Position numbers and translations under genes: made by a program. Below the pieces are notes generated by a model. That model was not told where the DNA came from. It saw only the letters and a program-made list of their open reading frames with translations, and searched no databases. 64,000 nucleotides of DNA from Vicugna vicugna (Eukaryota): assembly GCA_013265495.1 (NCBI GenBank), contig MU058451.1, positions 2,661,305 through 2,725,304 on the forward strand, in the 5' to 3' direction. Positions 54,136 through 64,000 of this stretch are shown one piece after another; position 1 is the first letter of the stretch; each line of letters begins with the position of its first letter.

Positions 54136-54345
54136 TTTTCTTTAAAGTAATTTCTTTTTAAAATTTTTTCTCTTTCTCTGTTTTATTTTATTTTTCAATT
54201 TTATTTAGTGGAAGGGAGGTAATTAGGTTTGTTTGTTTGTTTTTAAGTTTTTTATTTTTTTTCCCTTAACCAAGGCACTGGGGATTGAACCCAGGACCTC
54301 ATGCATGCCAAGAATATGCCCTACCACTGAGCTATACCCTCCCCC
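54136..54345 (-). mobile_element. tRNA-derived SINE (Vic-1-like) with long tail and 16-bp TSD
   Basis: ggggattgaacccaggacctc...ctaccactgagctataccctcccc; TSD aaattgattcacttta at 54120 and 54346. Confidence 0.9.
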
Positions 54346-54494
54346 AAATTGATTCACTTTAAACCATTGAACCTAATAGGCAAGGTAGACTTTACATTTT
54401 GCCAAGAATATCTGATGCCCCAAATATATTTGAAGTGGTGAATTTTCAGACGTTTGGCAAAATTTTAAAATATATGGCAATTTGGTCCCCAAAG

Positions 54495-55260
54495 CATATA
54501 TTTAATGTCAGGCACTGGGGGTACAAAAATGAGTAAGATACAGTCCCTTACTCAATATGATATTGAGTAAGGGACTGTATCTTACTCATATTGCTTATAA
54601 TCAGGAAAACAGATGAAAAGCTTCTTACTGCCTATTATGGGATCATAAGTGAGGGGCACTTGACCTCCCTAGGAGCTGAAGATCTAAGAGCTATGGCCTG
54701 AGCAGAGGTGAAAAGGAGTAGAGGAGAGGCACTGCGGGCAGAGGGAGCATGAACCATGTAATTGGTGTCTACAGGGGATGACAGACACTTTGGCATTGCC
54801 CAATAGAAATTGATGGAAGGAGGTGGGGGACAAGAGGCAGGCAATTTCTGATCATGGAAGGCTTTGTTGGCTGGTGAGGATTTTCAAATGGGAAGTGGTA
54901 AGGCCAGATTTCTATTTTTTTAAGTAGATTTATTTATTTATTTTTTAAATGGAGGTACTGGGGGTTGAACTCAGCACCTCCTTCATGGTAAGCATGTGCT
55001 CTACCACTTGAGCACATGCTATATACCCTCCCCCTGCCCCCAGATTTGTATTTTGAAATGATTGCTTTGGTGGCTGAACAGGTAAGATCAGAAAAAAAAA
55101 AATCAGAAAAGGAGGCTAGGTAAGGCTCTGACAGATGGAGGATAAGGGCTTGGACCAGGGCATGTAGAGAAAGGACTATAGAGATATTTAGGAAGAGGAA
55201 CAGACAGGACTGATATTTGTTATAAGTGTGGGACAAGAAAGGAGTTGAGTGCCAGGTTTC
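54495..55260 (-). mobile_element. L2 fragment interrupted by an inverted duplication and a SINE
   Basis: tgtcaggcactgggggtacaaaaatgagtaagatacagtccct is the L2 3' end in antisense; later aaggccagattt, tgctttggtggctg, agagatatttaggaag. Confidence 0.6.
54925..55040 (-). mobile_element. tRNA-derived SINE (Vic-1-like) carrying an internal inverted insertion
   Basis: ggaggtactgggggttgaac...ctctaccac...tataccctcccc; imperfect flanking repeat ccagattt(c/g)tatttt. Confidence 0.85.
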
Positions 55261-55281
55261 TGATTTGAAAATAAAGGAGTT

Positions 55282-55370
55282 ACATCAGAAACTAACATGG
55301 TAAATCAACTACACTTCAATTAAAAACATTTTTTAAATTAAAAATAAAAATATACTAAAACATGAAAAAA
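55282..55370 (+). mobile_element. Short L1 3'-end insertion with 15-bp TSD
   Basis: catcagaaactaac...gtaaatcaactacacttcaattaaaaa; TSD gaaaataaaggagtt at 55267-55281 and 55371-55385. Confidence 0.75.
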
Positions 55371-58054
55371 GAAAATAAAGGAGTTGACAGACAGAAGGAA
55401 TGAGAATAGAAGGAAAAGAAAAACTAATTCCACTTTGGACATATTTGAGGATTTAAAGTTTCTCATAGGGTATCAGTCACACCTTTTAAAAATGAAAGTT
55501 GTAAAATCTAGCTCAAATGAATTCATCAGGAAATCCTAGGAACACAGGCTCAACTGATACGGAGGGCTCTTTTTCTTTCAGTCTCTGTGGTGAACAAGAC
55601 AGCCTCTAGTCTCCAGATTCATCCATCCTAACAGTTTAGTAATCCCCAAGGATTATTCTAGCAGCAAAGATCTGGGAAGGGCTACAATTGGCTTAGCTCT
55701 AATCAGCTCCATCTCTCAACCAATCAGTGATCTGTTTGGTCAGGCCTGGGCTGACTCTTGTAGCATGGGTGGGAGTGGCGTCAGTGAGGTCTAAGGAGAT
55801 CTCCCATAGAAAAGAAGCTTCTTACACTGGAATGAGGGGAGATGAGAGATTCCAGAAAGACAAGAAGTACAGATGTCCACTACTATAGCTAAAGTGAATA
55901 TATTCAGCAGACAATTCTATATCACAGGCTGAAGCTGGGAGAGGAGGGAGAGAATTTCACTTAAGTGAAGTTTTGATGAGGATATAATATTAGATGGCCT
56001 GAAAATTTTAATGACTTGTAAGAAACTGTTCTTGTGACACAGGGACTGGAGAAGTTCTGACACCTTCCTGAGATTTCATCCAGGGCAAAGAAAGCCCATG
56101 GAGCAGGTTTGAAAGGACAACAGGAGACAGCACCGCATGGAGTCCAGCATATTCGGTGACATGATTACATATGAAACTGTGAAAATAAAGAGATGGCCCT
56201 GAGAGAGAGTTTAGGAGAGAAAAGAACATCATGCTGAGGTCAGCGGCCAAAGAACACACATTTAAGAGAAGTGTGGCCTAAAAGCCAAAAGAGTCTTGAG
56301 GAGGGAGTGAGTAATCAATAATGTAAATTCATTCAAGAAGATATGAAAACAAACAAACCAAAAAAACAAAAAACCCCAAAAAACTGAATTAGCACTGTGC
56401 ATTACATCAGTGACCTTCATCAGATTGCTTTGTGTTGTAATGAATTGTAGAGTGAACCAGTAAGCAAAGATACAGAGACATCAAGAGGCTTAGCTAAGAA
56501 GAGAAAAAGGGAGATAAGATTGTACTAGAGACAAATGCAAAGTCAAGAGCAGGGGGAAGTTTTGTTTTTTGTTTGTTTTCAGGAAGTGGTTTGAGCATTT
56601 TTATAGGCTAAAGGGAACCAACAGAGGAGGAGATATTTGAAAATGTTAGGCATTTGAAGAGGGAAGGCAGTGGGGGTCATACATCTTTGGTTTGATATTG
56701 AGGGAGGTTCCTAATAGTGTCTTCAATCATAATATCATAGGACTGGGGAAATATAATCCTAGGATATGACGTAGGCTATATACAACCACAGGATAAACAT
56801 GGTGTATCTTCCTAGTGCATGCACGTTACTGCTTGGTCAGTTATTTAAAACAGGATGTTCTTCAGACTCCTTGGGATTCAAGTGCACACTTAGGATTACC
56901 CGTGACAACTTAGAGGATCACTGAGGTAAATATGAAACTTTATCCTGTTTCTGGCTTTTGCTTAACTGGCTTTATGAAATGAAATAAGAGAGAAGCAGAG
57001 TTTAAAATCATTAGAGAAGCCAATTTTGAAGGGGCTTTTCTGGCCAAAGACAAGATTGTTTGAACAACAAGACAAGTAAGGATTGCAATAATCTGAAGTG
57101 CATAATTATATATATGGAAATACAATGCATTTGTGTATGTATATGTATTTTCATGTATATACACAATCATATATAATCATAAAAACGTAATGATAGTACA
57201 AAAAAAAAACCTCACTGGTCACCATTGGAGTTACTGGGGAAACGGGGGAAAGATTAACCTTTTCTACCTTTCCTGTATAAATTATATTTTAAGGTAACCA
57301 AGTGATTGATAAAGGGGGAAAGTTATTCTTTATAGAAGAATTTCAGCTATTGCACTAAAAGCTATAAAAGAATAAGAGAATAATAACTTTGCAAAACATG
57401 TGAAATAATGGAGCCTGGCATCAATCATCAGTGGGTGCTAAAACAATCAGATAAAAAGTTAAAGGGGAACCTAATAATGGATGAATCATGATGACACACC
57501 TGAATCAATTGATCAACATAATATCGGTAAAAGTGGGGCAATCAGATATTGTGTGCCTCTTGAAGATGGTGCAGTAGGAGATAACATGAATTGCTCTTGC
57601 CAAAAACGATCTACTCAAGACTCTATCTCACAATCAGTTTATAGGAAACAAGGGTAAGAGAGGTGCAAAAATAGAGTAAATTGTTCAACCACATCATGAG
57701 GCTGCAAACAGCTAAAGTCAGATTATAGGATATTCTGCAGGACAAATGACACAGTTTCTTCAAGATGTGGCATAAAGGGGAGGTGGTGGAAAACTCATAG
57801 ACTAAAAGAGGCATATTAAACAAATGCAGTATGTTAATCTGTTTAGAACCTGATTCAAACAGAAAAACTATTTTAAAATATTTTTGAGATAATAGAAGAA
57901 AATGAAATACAGACTAGATATTAGTTTTTAAAAATAAACTAAAAAAGAGTAGAGAAGAAATAATATGGAAGACATAGAGTTATTATTAAATATGTAGGCA
58001 TAATTGATAGCTTCTGAGGAAAACAACAAATGGAAGCAAAAAATACTAAAAGAT

Positions 58055-58520
58055 ATGCAGCATAGTCTTTTGGTCTTTATTGCTGGTTCCTGACACAGAG
58101 CTCCCAAAACCCTTGTAATTTCCAGAGTGATGGGGTGATGGAGCATCTTGTGTTCGACTATTTGGTCTTTGTACCTGCTTTCTTACACAGAGTTCCTAAG
58201 TTCCTTGGAATTTCCTGGGTGACTGGCGTGACATTTGTTATGATATTGCAACTCTTGGCAAGCCCCTGTGTAGCTTCAAGATGGAAACTGACTGCCGAAA
58301 AGGATCAAGTCTTGGTTAGAAGCCTGGAACTTTCAGCCCAACACCTCTAAACCTCCAGGTAGGAGAGCGAGCTGGAGACTGAGTTAATAATTGATCATGC
58401 TTGCATGATGGCTCTATTTTTCAAAAATTAAAAAAACAAAAACAAAAACAAAAACAAAAATCAATAGACAGGGTTCTGAGAGTTTCTGGATTGGTGAACA
58501 CATTCCTGTCCTAAGAGCGC
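58055..58520. mobile_element. LTR fragment (MER21-like)
   Basis: ttggtcttt...ggttcctgacacagagctcccaaaacccttg repeated, ggaactttcagccc, gagctggagactgagttaat, gagagtttctggattggtgaaca. Confidence 0.6.
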
Positions 58521-58639
58521 AGTATTAAAGAGACTGAAAAACTATCAGAACCACAGTCAGGTAAGGCAGGAATGTTGGGATTATCAGAGCAGAATTTTAA
58601 AAAACTGATTTTCTGTCTGGAAGATTTGTCCATTGATGT

Positions 58640-59215
58640 CATATATTTGTCTTTCTCTGGCTTATGTCACTTAGCATAATGCTCTCAAGGTACATGCATA
58701 TTGTTGCAAATGGCAAGATTTTCTTCCTTTTAAAGGATGAATAATACTTCATTGTATTTGTATCCCGCAATTTATTTATTTGTTTGTTTTGGGGGGGAGG
58801 TAATTAGGTTTTATCTTTTTTGTTGTTGTTGTTGGAGGCACTGGGGATTGAATCCAGGACCCTGTGTATGCTAAGCACGTACTCTACCACTCGAACTATA
58901 CCCTTCCCCCCATACTGCAACTTATTTATCCATCCATCCTTCGGTGGACACTTAGGTTGTTTCCATCCATATCTTGGCTATGGTAAATAATGCTGCAGTG
59001 AACATGGGGGTGGGGGTGTGTGTATCTTTTCAAGTCAGTGTTTTTGTTTTGGGGTAAATACCCAGGAGTGGAATTGCTGGATCATATTGTAGTTCTATTT
59101 TTAATTTTTTGAGGAACCTCCATATTGTTTTCCATAGTGGCTGCACCAATTTACATTCCTACTAACAGTGCATAAGGGTTGTCTTTTCTCCACATCCTCA
59201 CCCACTCTTGTTATT
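58640..59215 (-). mobile_element. L1 3' fragment (antisense) with nested SINE
   Basis: tcacttagcataatg...gcaaatggcaagattt...ggacacttaggttgtttcc...cccaggagtggaattgctggatcata...gaggaacctccata...ggctgcaccaatttacattcc. Confidence 0.9.
58772..58911 (-). mobile_element. tRNA-derived SINE (Vic-1-like) nested in L1
   Basis: gggaggtaattaggttt tail, ggggattgaatccaggacc B box, ctctaccactcgaactatacc A box. Confidence 0.85.
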
Positions 59216-59224
59216 TGGTCCTCA

Positions 59225-59341
59225 TTTTTCTTGGGTTGGGTGAGGTAATTAGGTTATTTATTTTAATGGCAGTACTGGGGATTGAACCCAGGACATTGTA
59301 CATGCTATGTATGTGCTCTGCCACTGAGCTATACCCTCCCC
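59225..59341 (-). mobile_element. tRNA-derived SINE (Vic-1-like)
   Basis: gaggtaattaggtt...tactggggattgaacccaggac...ccactgagctataccctccc. Confidence 0.85.
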
Positions 59342-62300
59342 AAACCCTGGCCTCATGATTAATGAGAATGCCTCTGATAAATGTTTTTTGTTAAGCATAA
59401 CTGTTAGCTTGATGTGGTTTTAAAATAATAAATGAAATATTCTATTCCTAGTGTTATTAGTTTAAAATCAGGAGTGGAAATGCTATTCTAACAAATTCTT
59501 TTTAAATGTCTATTGAAATGATGCTACATTTTTCTTTGGGAAATTTATTTATTAAAAAAATTTCTTGAGAGGGGAGGTAATTAGGTTTATTTATTTATTT
59601 TTAAAAATATTTTCCTACCTTAAACCATCCTTGCTTTCCTTAGAATAAACCTTAATTATGATGTAGTATTATTTTACTAGTCTGAATTTGATTTGCTAGG
59701 GTTTTATTTAGGATTGTTGCATCTATATGCTTGTGGTATAGGCCTATAGGAGTTTTTTTGTTGTTGGTTGTTTTTTGAGGTGGAGATGTGTGGTATCTCA
59801 GAATTTGGTATCAGGATTCTACTAACTTTTTAATGGTGACTTGGAAATTTGCTATCTTTTATTATATGTTAGAACAGTTTACTGTGTGAATTGTGCCCTT
59901 TGAAGATTTTTTTAAAAACCCAAAATAAAACTTAATCATAAAAATAATCTAGTCTTATGCCTCTTTGGGAGAAATATCATGACAACTACTTCACTTTCAT
60001 TTTATGGTTATTGGTCTATTCAAATTTTGTCTTGGTTTAGTTTTCATAATTTACATTTTCCTAGAAAATCAATTACAATTTAAAATTTTGTTTGGTGTAA
60101 ACAATCACTTGTAATTTAAAAACTTTTCTGTTTTGGGGTATAAACTTTCTCGTAACAAATGTTGGGTATTGTTTTCTATTTTATCTGTGAATTTTTGCTT
60201 CCTCATTTCACTCTTGATATGTCTGTCCTATAAGTTTTTCTACTGTTCTGAACCAGCTCTTATATTTATAAATGTCCTTCTAATTGACTAATTCCTATTT
60301 TCTAATTGTTTCTGCTATTTTTGTTAATTCTCTCATCCTAATTTCCTTGACATTTGTTTGAAATATCTTGAATCTAATGCTTAGTTTGTTTTCTTATTCA
60401 TTCATAATAAAGTCTATGAATTTGCTTAAGATGGATAGTTGCACCTCACAAAATATCACTCTATCATTTCTTTAGAGTAGTCTGCAATCATAACTTTTTT
60501 TCCTTTGGCTATTTATTTTGATGTTTAAAAACTTCAAGTGGTACTTTTGAGCATATACCTAGGAGTGTAAACAGTGGGTCAGATGGTTTAACTTTTTGAA
60601 GAACTACCAAACTATTTTCTACAATATTTGCACCATTTTACATCTCCACCTTGATGTAAAACTCTACCAATATACGAGTTGCAATTTTTACACTTCCTGG
60701 TCAGTATTTGTTAATGTCCACTTTTTTGATGGTAGCTATCCTAGTGGATGTGAAGTCTTATTGTGAGTTTGATTAGCATTTCTTTAATGACTCATGACTT
60801 GAGCAGATTTTCATGTATTGTTGCTCATTTGTACATATTTGGATGTTTTATCAGACTATTATTTTTCATGGGAGAACAAGAACCTAGATCAGTAAGAATT
60901 CCCTTGAACCCTATCTTCCTGCCTTCCTGTTCAGCATTCTTCCCTGCAGATGTCAGACTGGATAATGTGTGGACATTTCCAGTTAGGCTTAGACAAATCT
61001 TTTATTTCAACGTTAGTTAAAACATAAAAGGATCCAGTGGAATATGACTGAAGTGCTACCCCTACACATCAGTGAGCCTGATTCAACTCAACATTCACGG
61101 ACGCCTATCATATTTAAAGCGCTCTGCTAGGAACTGGGAGAGATAATGAGATCAACATCCCCTTAAAATATGAAATAATTTCCTTATTCCTGTTCTTACA
61201 ATCTAGTTTTCAGAACATTCGCATAAGGCAAAAATTGCTACTAGGAAAAGAACAAAAACAGAGTTGCATTTAAGAACAAACCACATAACGTATACCATGG
61301 TTTCATTAGTTTCACAAGCTCTCGGCTTTTTATGATTGTAGTATTGCCATTCCACCCGTCAGTGTAACTTCGTGGACTCAACTGTTTGGGAACATAGGTT
61401 TTCATTGTAGAGTTCCCTCAGTATTTAAGGATGGAATGGTACTTAATCATGTAGATCATATGTTCGCCCAACACAGGAAAACTGTCAATATTATGTTGCA
61501 AAGAAGCCAAAATGCTAGAAGCATAATCATAATGCTTAAACCTTGTCTATTTTGGACAAAGTAACACCAATGTTTGCACTGTAAGTTAGGGATTTTATAA
61601 AAACCCATTTGAATTACAGCTTTGATGAAGCTACTTTCTTTAATTTGGTTTTGTGACATGCCGTGCTAATGGCATGATTACTGGCTACATGAGAAAGCTA
61701 CTCTAATTCCTTTAATTATATACCTTCCTCCTGACCTGGCATGGCCATCCATCTTTATTCAGTAGGTTTGGATCAAAAACATTTGACTATTGCAAAACAT
61801 TTAAAGAAAAGCATCTCTCACCACTGAGGCTATTCAAAACAACATTTATTATAAGGTCTAAAGTCAGAATGTTCCAGAAACATTTTTGAGCAACAACAGC
61901 CCTACTAAGTGAGGATGATGTTCGTTTGGATAGAAATGTTATATATTTTTAAAGCATTTATTATTTTATTTTATAAACACACCTCATGCATTAACTCCCT
62001 ACCTCAGTTCCACTGTTTCAATAGTCTGTATGTTGTTGATTTCAATATGCTAACAAATGTGACTTCCTTTTCTGGATGTAGCATTCATAGGTTATTTCTA
62101 GAATCTAAGCACCGTGTTTGTTCTAATTTGAACTACAATCCGGATCTAGAATTTCACTGAAAATTGGCTTGTGACCTTGGACTACCATAACTTTTGTCTT
62201 GGATCCTCATTAAAAGAAAAAACAAATATCAAAAAGGAACACATTTGCTGATTCAAATAGTGGCTATAAGAAACTAAGGAAACATGCATTTTCAAAGACA

Positions 62301-64000
62301 GCTGAATGAAATTATGGGAAGACAAAAATTATCTTTGATGGCCTGAAGAAAAATTACTTTCCATTTCAAAATTATACTTGGCAGACTCTTGGAAGTTTTC
62401 TAGAGCAGAGATGACACTATACAGACTCCAAAGGAAAATATATTTGATAAGTCTGCATCAAAATTTAATGTGCCTATAGTTAAAATCCTACTGATGTATT
62501 AAAAAAAAAAAAAAACCCTAACAGTAGATCTGGGCCAGCTGGTATGCACAGGCAGAATCAGTCACAGGCTTTACTTCATAATGTAAAGAAGGCTCAGATT
62601 AAAAGATTTTAGACAATTCTAGTTGAATAAAAAGTCATTAATGAAATATGAATTTTTCTTATCATAAGCTGTCATCGTATACATGTGCCTCTAAATAATG
62701 AAGCAACAGATCCTATTGCAAATAAAGGTCTTAGCATATAAATATATTATCTAGATAAATGTAAAACATTTTTACGTTAAAAATGACTGTAAGCATCCAA
62801 TACTATAGAGGGTGAAATAGCTGTCTCTGATGCACCTGTGTCCTAAATGAGAGTAATAACATAAACACAAAATTTACAGAACAATTTGGTGAATAAGACT
62901 ATAATTTCTATCGCAAAGCAACTTTAAAGTTTTCCCAATTTAAAAAACGTGTGTGCGCGTGTGCGCGTGTAGGAGATCAACTAAAGGAACGTGAAGGAAA
63001 GAAAAGGAATATTCCACAAGGCATTAAAAAAAAGTCTTCTGTTTTCAGCTAAAAATACATGGAGTAAATAAAGAAATTACATCTGTATCTAATTCAGGAT
63101 AAATGACTAAATTAGAGCATAAATGAAAACTGAGTTTTGGATTGACCTGGCATTGCATATACTGGTTTGAAAACAGCACATAAATTTCCCTTTGTATCAT
63201 AAAAGTAATGATGATCAGAGCTAAAACTGAATTTCCCTTATATAGCAGGCAACAGAAAACAATTAGGATTCTAAATTAATCTAGTTAATGTATTTAGTAC
63301 TGGTGTGTAGTATTTAATGCCTAATCAAAAGCAGCAAAAGCTGAAATTTGTAGACTTATTTAAAAGATGCAGCAAGAAAACCGTTTTCTCTCATTTATAA
63401 TTTTTCTCATCTGATCATCTGTAATGTTACAATCTTGGATTTAAGCAACATCACAACCTCATTTTTTTTTTAAAGTAAGCAAACACAACCTTATTTGTTC
63501 ATTAAAAACTGTCAATATCACCCCATAGATGAGCAGTCTCCTAAATTTTCCAGAAGTGAGATTAAGACCCAGTCCCTTGCTAGAGATCACATGGCTCACT
63601 AGCACAAGAGCTTAGACATTTTAACTCGGCTTGGTGCTCTAGTATACCAAAATACTTCTAGGCTAATAAATATTTGCTTAAACCAACAAACCATTAGGTA
63701 CAATATTTAAGAGTTTAGCCTAATAGGAATATAAAATCTTGGCGCAAATATGACTAGCCTGGAATTAAACCCAATTTGTACATTACAAATAAAACATCGT
63801 ATATAAAATCAGCGGCATCTATTGATTTCCAGATCTTTAGTGTTTTAACAAACTTAGATAAAACTAAATGAAAGCTCAACTTTAAATTGCTAAGTCTAAA
63901 TACATCCAAGCTTTGTTAATTTGTATGAAATTTTTTCTATATAGATAGGAATTACTAGGGTTAAACACTCTTCAACCTTTAATGTCAATTTTATATTGTT

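Noticed and set aside
50727..57925. Similar ~120-bp segments at ~50730 and ~57810
   Set aside because: Diverged copies of the same old L1 3'UTR region, better explained as independent insertions than as a functional repeat.
48760..64000. A second gene upstream of UBE2W
   Set aside because: No recognisable exons, CpG island or credible ORF; the region is dominated by repeat relics. A non-coding transcript cannot be excluded from sequence alone.

Overview
Mammalian genomic DNA: AT-rich, CpG-depleted, with one CpG island. It is probably camelid, judging from recurrent Vic-1-like tRNA-derived SINEs. The window holds one complete protein-coding gene, UBE2W (N-terminus-ubiquitinating E2), on the minus strand. 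Six coding exons (48343-48357, 27381-27472, 23128-23230, 15872-16027, 12392-12467, 4824-4837; 15+92+103+156+76+14 = 456 nt, all GT-AG) splice to an intact 151-aa protein, with a CpG-island promoter and a ~3.5 kb 3'UTR. The rest is introns and upstream intergenic DNA full of L1, L2, MIR, LTR, DNA-transposon and SINE relics. I found no evidence for a new multi-gene system. The most interesting observations are: (i) a splice-dead homolog of the human 33-nt UBE2W cassette exon in intron 1; (ii) an out-of-frame overlapping uAUG 11 nt before the main start, plus an in-frame upstream AUG; (iii) three perfect inverted repeats inside repeats that look like template-switch mutations; (iv) ultra-short L1 3'-end insertions with exact target-site duplications; (v) a dense miRNA-seed/ARE/PRE cluster in the 3'UTR. 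Repeat family names are from memory of consensus sequences and repeat boundaries are approximate.
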